From a candidate division WOR-3 bacterium (GTDB taxonomy: Bacteria; Hydrothermota; Hydrothermia; JBDRYB01), in NCBI GenBank assembly GCA_039803205.1, contig JBDRYB010000018.1, positions 1 to 38,980 of the forward strand: a stretch of DNA of 38,980 nucleotides, in the 5' to 3' direction. Under the pieces are notes generated by a model. It saw only the letters and a program-made list of their open reading frames with translations, did no database searches and was not told the DNA's origin. The position numbers and the translations under genes were made by a program. Of this stretch, positions 27,002-37,048 are shown piece by piece (position 1 is the first letter of the stretch; each line of letters starts with the position of its first letter).

Positions 27002-27637
27002 CTATATCTTGAAATCCTTTTCCGAGAGCCCTTGATTCAGCTTCAGCTCCTTGAATGTGGCCTTTAGGATCACATTTCCCTCGGAATCGTAGTGGATAGT
27101 CTGATATGGGAGCCAGTTGTCCTCCCTGAGATACATCACTATACGGGCAGACCCGTTTTCCTCATCAGGATCAAGCCCCTTCGCGACGAGCCTGAAGACC
27201 TTTATGTCTCCCTTTGTCTCCTCGCCGCCAACAGATACCTTGCCTTGCGCCAGGTAGGACTTCCAATCCTTTAGTATCCAGCCGAAGTCGCTACGGTCCA
27301 TTCTCTCACCCCTTTTGGATGTGACGCGGCTGTCGGTTGGATCGGTCGTTATCTTTATGAAACCCAGGACCCCACCGAGGGAGGCCGTTACCTTTCCGGT
27401 GTTCGGGTTATATACCGCCTTTGAACCCTTCTGATCACCCTCAAGCTGGGTGTATTTTATCCAGCCGGGCCTCATGTATAGCACCTGATAGGAGGTGTAT
27501 TCGGTATCCTCTCCCACCCTCTCAGCTGTGGTCAAAACGCATGAGTAGTCCTGAACCCCAGCCCAAGCGGCTTCGTATTTTGCGAGGAGCTCAGACGGCT
27601 CCTGGCCTATCAATAGGATAAAACTCAACCCGGTCAT
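27002..27637 (-). CDS. LolA-like / outer-membrane lipoprotein-sorting fold protein (DUF1571-like)
   Basis: VQDYSC, YMRPGWIK, DNWLP..YD..G and C-terminal LNQGLSEKDF; start placed at MTGLSFILLIGQ. Confidence 0.75.
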   Translation of the reverse strand: MTGLSFILLIGQEPSELLAKYEAAWAGVQDYSCVLTTAERVGEDTEYTSYQVLYMRPGWIKYTQLEGDQKGSKAVYNPNTGKVTASLGGVLGFIKITTDPTDSRVTSKRGERMDRSDFGWILKDWKSYLAQGKVSVGGEETKGDIKVFRLVAKGLDPDEENGSARIVMYLREDNWLPYQTIHYDSEGNVILKATFKELKLNQGLSEKDFKI

Positions 27638-27709
27638 GACTATATTATGGAGGCCGGGCGTTATTGGGTTCAATATAAATCTCGGCCCAGTTCTCATGGA
27701 GGGTTTTGG

Positions 27710-29275
27710 CTAAATTTTTCGTCCTCCCGCTCCCAGCCAGGCCCCCTCCAAGGCCAAAAGGGCTATTGCGATGAAGATGAGCCATGGCGCCAGATTCACG
27801 AGATTGCCCCTCTCTCTGAGGAAGTTCTCCAGGCTTACGGGCTCAGCCCCGAAGCACTCGGTTATCTCCTCCCGAGAGAGCCTCTTGGGGTCTGATTCTG
27901 CTCTGTCCGCGTTCACCGCGAAGAGCCTTTTTACCCTGCCCCCCTCAATTAGGGTGTAGAAGCCGGCTTTGCTCGGCGAAAAGCCCCTCCTCGCCAGACG
28001 TCCTTCTGGGCCTGTTATGAAGCCATCCCCGGGGCCAGGGTTTATCATCTCGCCCACCAGCCTTGCCTCAGCTATTGGCGCCTCGCCGAGCGAGAGAACC
28101 CATTTCCACACCAGGACTGGAAAATCCCCCTTGAAGATAAGGTCAGTCACCTCCGGCACTGGATTGAAGCCAACGAGAACCCAATCGCTCCACCTAACCG
28201 CTATGGGCCTGCCGTTGTCGTCAGTCAGGAGGGGGTCTCCTTCCCCGAAAAGGATCCCTCGTTTTATCGTTGCCTTGCCGTTGAGGACTCTGGCGTTTTG
28301 GAATCTCTCCCACCGGATAGGGGATGGGGAGTCTGGCAGGAAGGCCAGCCCCTTTTTCCCAGGTATTGGTTCACCGACAACGACCACCAATGGAGCGCCG
28401 GGGGCATGCTTTATTGGCGAGGGATAACCCGCAGGAAACAGCGCGGCTCTGAGAAACGGGTTATCTGAGAGGAGCTCGCATTCTACATCGGGCGCGGACG
28501 CGACGGGAATATATAGAGTGTCATCAAAGGCAAAGATGTCGGCCGGTTCTGATATAGCGATTAGGCCAAGGGTCCCTGGACTTATCTCAACCCTTTCGCT
28601 TATGAGGGTATCGGACTGGGGCGGGATCTCAAGCATGAGGCTCAGAAGGCTTTTTTTGCCGTCAGATACGGTCAGGGACCTGGTCTGGGGTTTGTCAGAA
28701 TAGTTTCTTACAATCAAATCAAGCCTGAACGCTCCAAGTGGAGCCGGGGTCTCAGGAACACCTGATACTATAGCCACATTTCCGCCTTCGGTCTCAGGGA
28801 CAATAACGGGCTTCATGCTTTTTGCTTTTATCCCACGCCAGTTCTCTGCCTGAAAATCCGATATCAGGTATCCTTTTGAGCCGGATAGAACATACATGGG
28901 CTCAGCCCTCTGGCCGACCGTTCCCTTCCATCCCTTCCAGCTCCTGGCCGCAAAATATGTTGCTCCTGCTATTTCCAGATATGAGGAGTATGGTTCCATG
29001 CTAGCTGAGGCATCAACGAAGACATCCCCTCCCGCTCTCCCGAGCTCTGGCTTCGTGAAGGCAAGAACCAGCGCGGCCACAGCGATTGTCCTCATGGCGA
29101 GTATGAGCCACTCGGTTATCCTTCGCCAGCGCTTTCCTTCGGGTTTCGTTTGGATGAGCAGGGCTATCCAGGGAAAGGGCCTTTTTCTCTGCCAGAAAAG
29201 CGATATGAGGTGGATCGCTATCGGCAGAGCCGCGAGGATCAGAAACCAAAGGGCAGAGGGGTTTGCTATGCTCAT
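27710..29275 (-). CDS. BatA-domain (aerotolerance regulator N-terminal) membrane protein
   Basis: NPSALWFL..ALPIAIHL...LILAMR..LVLAFTKP, vWA-like VDASASM, FAVN..ESD and a C-terminal TM (LLALE). Confidence 0.85.
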   Translation of the reverse strand: MSIANPSALWFLILAALPIAIHLISLFWQRKRPFPWIALLIQTKPEGKRWRRITEWLILAMRTIAVAALVLAFTKPELGRAGGDVFVDASASMEPYSSYLEIAGATYFAARSWKGWKGTVGQRAEPMYVLSGSKGYLISDFQAENWRGIKAKSMKPVIVPETEGGNVAIVSGVPETPAPLGAFRLDLIVRNYSDKPQTRSLTVSDGKKSLLSLMLEIPPQSDTLISERVEISPGTLGLIAISEPADIFAFDDTLYIPVASAPDVECELLSDNPFLRAALFPAGYPSPIKHAPGAPLVVVVGEPIPGKKGLAFLPDSPSPIRWERFQNARVLNGKATIKRGILFGEGDPLLTDDNGRPIAVRWSDWVLVGFNPVPEVTDLIFKGDFPVLVWKWVLSLGEAPIAEARLVGEMINPGPGDGFITGPEGRLARRGFSPSKAGFYTLIEGGRVKRLFAVNADRAESDPKRLSREEITECFGAEPVSLENFLRERGNLVNLAPWLIFIAIALLALEGAWLGAGGRKI

Positions 29276-29284
29276 AGAAGAGGC

Positions 29285-30148
29285 TCACGGCATTCTCGCC
29301 CTCTTCGTGAAGAAGGCGGAGAGAGCCCTTGAAAGGGGTGTATCTGTTGTTATGGCGTGGTACTCAGCCCCTGCATCAAGAAGCCCAACCTCAATTGCTT
29401 TTTTCCAGTTTAGGAGGGATCTTCGGTATAGTTCCGCGCCGGATGAGGGGTGAAAACGGACGCGCTGGCCGGTTTCCATGTCCTCGTAAAGCCCTGGCCT
29501 CTCTGGGGCACGGGTTTCCTCAGGCGAGAGTATGTGAAACACTATAACATGGTGCTTCTTGAACCTGAATGCCCTCACGCCCCTCGTTATCTCATCCGGA
29601 GAGGCCATGAGGTCAGAAATCAGTATAACCAAGCCCCGTTTTTTTGCGAGGCCAGCGAGCTCGAGAAAAGCCACCCTCGGAGAGGTCTTTCCTTTTGGGG
29701 AAAGACCGGATAGCTTGGTCAGAACCGATTCAAGGTGAACCCTGCCTGTTCTGGGAGGAATGACCTCAAGAACCCCATCTGAGAAGGGGACCAGGCCAAC
29801 CGCGTCCCTCTGAAGGTAAAGAAGGTAGGCCATCGCGCCGGCGAGGGTCGCGGAGTATTCCATTTTGTTTCCGTATGCCATTGACCTTGAGGTATCCACC
29901 ATCAGGTATGCCCTGAGATTTGTCTCTTCCTCAAAGACCTTGGTAAAAGGCCTCCCTGTCCTGGCCAAAGCCTTCCAATCAAGCCACCTAAGGTCGTCCC
30001 CAGGGGCATAAGCCCTGTGCTCGGAGAACTCAGCGGAAAAGCCATGGTAGGGGCTTTTGTGCGCCCCGACTAAGAATCCCTCAACCGCGCCCCGGACCCT
30101 GAGCTTGAAGTTCTTTATCCTCAAAAGCTCAGATGGGTTGAGGAGCAT
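29285..30148 (-). CDS. DUF58 (vWA-like, MoxR-associated) protein
   Basis: GAHKSPYHGFSAEFSEHRAYAPGDDLRWLDWK, EEETN, VDTSRSM and ISD. Confidence 0.92.
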   Translation of the reverse strand: MLLNPSELLRIKNFKLRVRGAVEGFLVGAHKSPYHGFSAEFSEHRAYAPGDDLRWLDWKALARTGRPFTKVFEEETNLRAYLMVDTSRSMAYGNKMEYSATLAGAMAYLLYLQRDAVGLVPFSDGVLEVIPPRTGRVHLESVLTKLSGLSPKGKTSPRVAFLELAGLAKKRGLVILISDLMASPDEITRGVRAFRFKKHHVIVFHILSPEETRAPERPGLYEDMETGQRVRFHPSSGAELYRRSLLNWKKAIEVGLLDAGAEYHAITTDTPLSRALSAFFTKRARMP

Positions 30149-30295
30149 GCCGGTGTTTTTCAATGGCAAAACACACCTTTACTACCTTGGCCTTGTGGGA
30201 ATATTATATACTGCTTACGGGCCCTCGTTCAACTCGCTGGCTTTATGCTTGAACCGGGCCTGCTTCCCGCTATAAAATCTGAGCGTGGAGGCGAT

Positions 30296-31603
30296 ATGTT
30301 TATTTTGCTTTTACTAATGCAGGGATGGACAAAGCAGGTCATATTCAATTGGCCTGCGCCAAACGGAGGGGATGTGACCCTCGCGGATCTTGATGGAGAT
30401 GGAGACCTTGATATAGCCGCTTGCGCGACGGATATGTATGACGATTATCCGTATCTCTATGTTTTTTGGAATGAGGGGTTCCGGAACTTCACCCCCGAGG
30501 CCATGCCACGGGGAGCGGCTGGGCTAGCCACGGGTGACCTTGATGGCGACGGGGACATGGATATCGTTCTCTCACGAGAAGAATACATAGTTTGGTATGA
30601 GAACCCCTCTTGGTCGGAACACCTCCTTGACCAAGCATATGGCTCCTATGCTATGGATGTTGAGGTCGCGGATGTTGATGGTGATGGAGACCTGGACATA
30701 GTCCAGTCAAGGGAATCCGTTAACTCATCGAGCCCCATGAAGCTATTTGAGAACCAAGGGGGAGGCAGTTTTGTCGCCTGGGACATAGCCTATCATAGCC
30801 GCGCTGATGGGGTTGCTATTGCTGATTATGATGGGGATCTTGACCTTGATATCGCTGTGGTGAGCGGGAGGCCTGATTGGCCTGGCAAGGGAATATCCGT
30901 GTATGTCCGGGCAAACAACTACACATGGGGGGATTATTTTCTCAGCGGAAACCCTGATGATTACGATGATTGGTATATAGCCGCTGGGGATGTCAATGGG
31001 GACGGAAGACCGGACTTCCTCACCCCTTGGCCGAGGATATACATCAACCAGGGTGGGTTATCTTTCATGCCCGTTGACCTGGACAACTGGGGCCACGGCC
31101 TCTCCATGCGATTTAGGGGAGGTTGCGACCTGGCCGATATTGACCGAGATGGAGACCTTGACGCGATTATCCAGGCAGGTTCCGAAAACATGACCCAACC
31201 GAGGGTTGTCGTGTTCTACAACAATGGCGCCTCAGCCCCAACCGCGGATACGGTTGACCTTACTCATACTCCTTACATCTCAGGCATAAAAGCCGCCAGC
31301 ATGAATCCCCAAGAGGATGACTGCGTGGACATAGTCGCGAACGGGGCCTACCAGCTTGTGATATACTGGTGCGTTCCCCTGGATGCTCCAGAGGAAGAGA
31401 ACGCCACCAAGATAAGGATTATACCCGGCATAGGCTCTTTCAGCCTTCTCCTTCCCTATCCTGCCACGGTTCGGGTCTATGACGCGACCGGGAGGCTCCT
31501 GATGATCAGGGATTGCCCTGCCGGCAAGGAGGCCTTCAGCCTGAGCCCAGGGGTTTATATCATCAGGGCTGGGAATGAGACCCTCAGGGTCGCTGTGCCA
31601 TAG
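30296..31603 (+). CDS. Secreted FG-GAP/VCBS repeat protein with T9SS-type CTD
   Basis: Six or more D(L/V)DGDGDLDI motifs; CTD VYDATGRL...LSPGVYII; GGAGG SD before ATG 30296. Confidence 0.88.
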   Translation: MFILLLLMQGWTKQVIFNWPAPNGGDVTLADLDGDGDLDIAACATDMYDDYPYLYVFWNEGFRNFTPEAMPRGAAGLATGDLDGDGDMDIVLSREEYIVWYENPSWSEHLLDQAYGSYAMDVEVADVDGDGDLDIVQSRESVNSSSPMKLFENQGGGSFVAWDIAYHSRADGVAIADYDGDLDLDIAVVSGRPDWPGKGISVYVRANNYTWGDYFLSGNPDDYDDWYIAAGDVNGDGRPDFLTPWPRIYINQGGLSFMPVDLDNWGHGLSMRFRGGCDLADIDRDGDLDAIIQAGSENMTQPRVVVFYNNGASAPTADTVDLTHTPYISGIKAASMNPQEDDCVDIVANGAYQLVIYWCVPLDAPEEENATKIRIIPGIGSFSLLLPYPATVRVYDATGRLLMIRDCPAGKEAFSLSPGVYIIRAGNETLRVAVP

Positions 31604-31717
31604 CCTATGCTCGTTAAGGACATGGCGGGCAGTCTTTGGTTCTCGGAGGGAGGGTAGAACCGTTTGGGTTTCTTGTATCTCATTGCATAGTCTCCGGGGT
31701 GAGATTTTAGATTATGA

Positions 31718-32100
31718 CTATATAACCCTGATAAAGCCCGAACTGGCCCGTTTTTGAGATCTTACAACTCTCATCCCCCAGAAACAGGTTCTGATGCAGG
31801 ATAGCCTGGCGTATCCTCCTCGCGATCGTTCAAGACACAGGAGTGCCTTGGTGAAGACGCCATACCTCCTCTCGTAGCTCGTGAGGCTGGGTATGAAGGT
31901 GGAGACGAAGGGTTCTATGGCCATACCAACGAGAATGAGGAAAGCGCAAGCGAGGAATATGGCCTTTATCACTCCCTTGAGATGCTCAAGTCCCTCGTAT
32001 GTCTTTGAGGACTTGAATGTCTCCTCAACGAGGATCCTCCCTGGAATAGCTCACACCTGTAAAAACATCAGGTTCAGGGTGGAGCTTGCCTTGTGGTCTT
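31718..32100 (-). mobile_element. Probable IS4-family transposase remnant
   Basis: With a 1-nt correction at 32039-32041 the minus strand reads YSRRILVEETFKSSKTYEGLE, fitting the Y-x2-R-x3-E-x6-K (YREK) signature, followed by a hydrophobic helix. No intact ORF or terminal repeats were seen. Confidence 0.5.
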
Positions 32101-32239
32101 GAGGTAAAAATTTCCGCGTCTTTCAATCCGGATAACTCATTTGGGGAACCAACGAGACCCCCCACCTGCCTCACAAAGCATTAGAGGCCATTTCTATCCC
32201 TTGAGAGGGTATCCTGACAGAAATATCCGCAACAGGGAG

Positions 32240-32267
32240 GAGCAGAAAGGCCCCTTTCCGGGGCCTT
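32240..32267 (-). terminator. Rho-independent terminator after the large FG-GAP gene
   Basis: Stem AAGGCCCC/GGGGCCTT (32247-32267) followed by TCT on the minus strand, 24 nt past the stop. Confidence 0.65.
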
Positions 32268-32290
32268 GTCTCTGGCTGATCTGAGCCTGC

Positions 32291-35200
32291 CTATCTCGTC
32301 AGGATGAGCTTCCTCGTCTCCCGGTATTCTGGGGACATGAGCCTGAGGTAGTATATCCCTGATGAGAGGGCATGAGGCTCAATCCTGAACTCGTAGGACC
32401 CTGGAGCGTAGACCCCTTTAGCGAGCGAGAGAGCAAGCCTTCCCGTGACATCGTAAAGGGATAGGTCTATTTCCTGCCTCAGGGGGAGGCTGATGGAGAT
32501 GCTGAACCCGCGCTTTGAAATGCTCGGATAGGTGCTCAGAGAGAATGCCGTGGCTTCGGGGCCCTGGGACTGCGGGCCTCCCTTGTCTTCTCCTCTTGGG
32601 AAGAGGTATGCTTCTGAGAGAAAAGCTCTTTTCGCCTCCTGTTTCTCAACCGAGAAGGTTATAGCTGAATGGGACATCACCGGCATTTGCCAGTAATATC
32701 TCTCATACGGGGGAACATATACCGCATATGTGTCAGAGTAGATTATCACCCTAAGGGCCTGGGTGTCGGGTTCCTGGTGATAGAAAACGAGTCCAAGCTC
32801 GTATTCGACCGTGTCTGATACCTCGTAGAAGGTGTAGATGAGCCTCTCGGAGGCTGTGTCGCTTGCCTTGCCTTGTTCAAAGAGCGTATCGTCATAGATG
32901 ATATAACCCTCCCTGTAGTCGGTTATGAACGCTGGGTTCTCCCCTCCCAGAAAGTGGTATGATGCTCTGGGTTCCCACCTTTTATCCCTTGACCTCTTCA
33001 CCAATCCAGCCTCCCCATCGCGCTCCTCGTATTCCGTGTAGAGAAGTAGCCACTGAGGAGAAGCGCCCCATGAATAGCAGACCATCTCAGGATTCAGCGA
33101 CTTCACCCAGGGCGAGAGGGAGACGATTTCTATTGGGGTTGTGGTTCCTGGTTTGGGTATCTTCCTGGCCAGGATCTCGTTTCTGATCTCGGTGGGCTTG
33201 CTCCATTTCCTTGACCACACCGCATATCCCTCCTCCAGAAATGGGGTGCTCAATCTACCGAACTCTGAGTAAGTGTAATCCAGAATTATTGGGGAAGAAA
33301 CCTCAACTCCCTCTTTCACCTGAGCGTAGAAGATTGCAATGCTTCTACCAATGTCCCCTACAAATGCTATCTCAGCTATACTCGCAGTATCCACTCCTAT
33401 CTTAGAGGGGTAAAAGCCATCACGGTAGACCCTCAGGCAGGGCTCGCGTTCGCTTGTAGTATATTGGGTTATGCTCAGATCGCATTTTACCCACCCATAG
33501 CCCGGCTTCCTCTGGAATACTCTCATGCGATCCCTGTCTCCATCCCAAACTATGTGAACCGTTCCAGTTGTCCTGCCCACAGCGGCTGAGACTCCGGCAA
33601 GATGGTGGACGAAGCTCTTATAATCATCTATATCCCTTGCCTGAAACTCAATCCTGTCCAACTCAGAGTAAATGAAGTCTCGGGGGTTTCCAGTGTTAAG
33701 GGTGCCATAAAGAAGAGCGTAGCCGCAGTTCTTGTGGGGATTGCCCCTCTTTATGCCTGACTTCCAGGCTATGTGAGCGACGGAGCCCTTCACATCAAGA
33801 GCGGGCGCACCTATGCCTATGTATCCTGAGCCAGGGGTCATTTTGAGAAGCCTCACCTTAGCTCCCCATCCTCCGCCCGGGGATTTTGACCTGTAGTAAA
33901 GGTCTGTTGTCATGCCGACCACATCCGTGTAAGCGAGGTGTATGGTGAGGTTGTCATTGCCCAGGGCTATTGTTGGAGCATATCCCCGGCCGAGGTCCTG
34001 AGGCTCTGACCAAGCCCCTCCAAAGGGCCTCGCGATGTAATAGATGTGATACTCGCCATCCTCAAGGGAGCGGGACGCGTAAACCAGGTGAGCGACCCCA
34101 TCGTAGTCCACGACCAGGTTCTCTGTTGATGAAGGGAAAAGGGCGAGGGTGTCAGAGACAGCGGCGGGGCCAGGGTGATAGAACAAGGAGGTGTCGCCGA
34201 GGTCGTCAGAGGCCTGGGTATAGCGGACCATGGAGTCCACGATGTAAATGGTTCGCACCCCAAACCTGTCCCAGTAGCCGGAGTCTGTCTTTTGGGGTTC
34301 CAGGATGTGCCAGTTTCTTAGGTGGGGGTTTTCCCAGGCTGAGGGGGTTGTGCCCATGGGATAAACCCTGACCGAGTAGCCCACATCAAGAACATAGGTG
34401 TCCCAGGGCCAATCCATGAAAGCATAGCCGGAACGAGGATCAAAGAACGTGGTTATCTGTGGCTCATAAGATTCTGCCGGTGGAGGTTCTTCTAGGGTCG
34501 GTTCAGGGCTTCCATAGAGCTTTTCCACGATAAAGGGTCGTCCTCCCGAGGTGTATCCTCCTGCCAGTGGGTAGTTGTCAGCGAGGCCGAGAATGAGGGC
34601 TCCGGATTCAAAATAATCCCCGTAAACCGGCGAAGAGGGGATCCTGTTCCCTGCCATGCTGTAGATGTATTCAAAGCCGCCCAGATAGCGCCTGGCGCTG
34701 TAGTCCACATGGGTGTTTATGTCCCAAAGGCCTTGTCCTTCCTCGCTCATTAACCATCCAGTGGTTACCCTATCGTGGGTAAAGAGAACAAGGCCCTTAT
34801 AAAAGCCGTCAGTTTTAGTACCATGGCCTACGATATACACGGTATCTTTCCGTTCCCGTGGAGTGGGCGGGAGAAGGGGATTCTGCCGCCAGAGGTCAAG
34901 GATAGCCGCCTCGTAATCACAGGAGGTGTAACCAGGGGGAATGAAGGAGTATGAGGTCCACGGCCCAGCTCCCTGATCATTATAGAAAATGGAGCCGTTC
35001 TCGCCAACTACCCAGATGTGATTCCAGGTGTCATATGAGCCCCCATAGCAATAGACTCCCCTGAGGTTTTCTGGCGTGGGCTTTTGAAACGGCGTTGTCC
35101 ATGTAAGTCCTCCGTCAGTGGTTTTATAGACCCACCCTTTGGCTCCCACTATATAGCCGTGCTTCGCGTCGCTGAAGTAGATGTCCAGCAAAGGCCAAGG

Positions 35201-37029
35201 CTCGTAACCCCCCATAGGAAGACGCTCGCTCACATCTGTCCAGGTTTTTCCGCCATCCGTGGTTTCTAGGAGACGAGCTTTCCAGCGAGGGCGCACGAAG
35301 AACATCGCGCCACGACCCACAGCATAGCCCTTACCGTTCCCGATCATCTGGACACCGTAGAGGCAGTATTTGTGCACATCTCCAGGCCAGGAAGTCATGG
35401 TGGCCCATTGCCAGCCCGGGAACGGCATAATGTTCGAACGCCAGAGAATCGGCAAGAAGAAGAGAAAATTCAGCTCGCCCACAGCAACAGCGTTTTGAGT
35501 AAACTCATAAGGGAAGAAGAGTGTGTCCTGCCTCTCCGGCATCATCACGGGTGTGCATGACACATCCCAGATCTTGCCTGTGAACCCAAGAGGAGCGCTG
35601 AGGCGTCTCCAGTAGGGCGAAAGGGAAATATCGTTGTCAAGCGCTACGATCTGCGAGCCGCCCTGCAAGAAGATCTCCAGGAGCTCGTCCCCGTCAGCGT
35701 CTATGGCTATGGGGCCGGAGAAGTGGATAGGGGCTATCACAGGTAAATTATCCACATCAAAAGCCCACTCAACGCTGTTCCAACCTACGCACCAGGTTCC
35801 GGGTTTATAGGGTTCACATTTAGCATTGCATTGGACTATGACCTCAAAGGAACCATCCCCGTCAATATCCAGAACCAGGGGTTTTACTAGCTGTGTAGGA
35901 CAGTTAACATAGAGGTAAACGGTGTTCTTCACTGATCCGTTTGCGCCATTCAGATAGGTAACCGCAGAGCCAGTAAAGCACACCACCTCCAAAAGCCCAT
36001 CTCCATCCATATCAGCAAGGGCAACGCTTCTGGGATGTTCAAAGCCACCAGGAGCAGGAGGGATGCTAACGCTAGATTGTCTCCACTTCTCGGTGCCATC
36101 ACTCCCATTCAGGGCTATTGGATAGCCCCACATGCTGGTAGGCCCTGCGCCCACGATGACAACGACATCTAACACCCCGTCGTTGTCTATGTCGCCTATG
36201 GCGGGATCAGAGAAGAACTCCTGGCGGGATGGATCAGGAGATCTATATTCCCATATCTTCTGCCAGGTTACCCGTTCCAGGTGTAGGCATAGACATAGGC
36301 CTGATCAGTCCCGCTCGTTTTGTGTGAGACACAGAAGACTATGTCCAGAACGCCATTTCCGTCGAGGTCAGCGAGAGCGGGGGATGAGCGGACTGCGGCG
36401 CCAGGAAAGGGAGCGGGAACAGCAAAGGTCTGCTGGCCCCACGAGTTATATTCGCACACATACAGGTTCCCGGCCTCTGTTCCAATCACGACCTCAAGCT
36501 TGCCATCGTCGTCCACATCACCTATCGCTGGAGAGGAATAATAGATGTCGTCATCGTCTTGAAAGAGCCACTCCCGGTTTCCCGGGTTGCCGTTTTCAGA
36601 TTCGTGCACCTTCACGGACTTCGCCCTTCCCCATGCGACCACGATTTCCATCGTGCCATCGCCGTCTAGGTCACCAAGAGCTGGAACCGTGAGAGGACGA
36701 TGCGTGTAATCTCCCACACCAGACTCGTTTACCTCCCAGACCTTGGTGAAGGTTCCGTTTCCGTCATACATCCACATGGTCAACCAGCCCTGGTTCCAAT
36801 TGGAACTAAAGCCCACCGTGAAAAGCCTTATAACGCCGGAGAACGCTATGTCCGCCGCGGCCATACCGGTCACACATTGATCAGGGATGGACTCGTAGTA
36901 GTCGTTAGGCCTTGCGTCCATCTCAGCCTTTCCAAGGACCATCCTTGAGTTCAGGGGGTCGCTTGAGTGGCCTGTCCACCAGATAGCCGAGAGGCCAATC
37001 AAGCATACGGTTATAGTTCCTGCTATCAT
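32291..37029 (-). pseudogene. Large multidomain secreted protein (FG-GAP propeller + YCF48/BNR propeller + further propeller + T9SS-type CTD) interrupted by a single frameshift
   Basis: AAGGAGG SD before ATG 37029. Frame A ends ...YTWNG* at 36268; adding one G to the GGG at 36271-36273 gives WNGVTWQKIWEY...PAIGDIDNDGVLDVV, continuous with the 1294-aa ORF. TTDGGxTW Asp-boxes and CTD LYDVTGRL...LSSGIYYLRL...RKLIL. Could be a sequencing error. Confidence 0.8.
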
Positions 37030-37048
37030 TTCCAAAACCTCCTTTGCC

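Noticed and set aside
31718..31972. 84-aa ORF as an independent membrane protein
   Set aside because: Better explained as the tail of the IS4-like remnant, whose motif lies upstream in the same frame.
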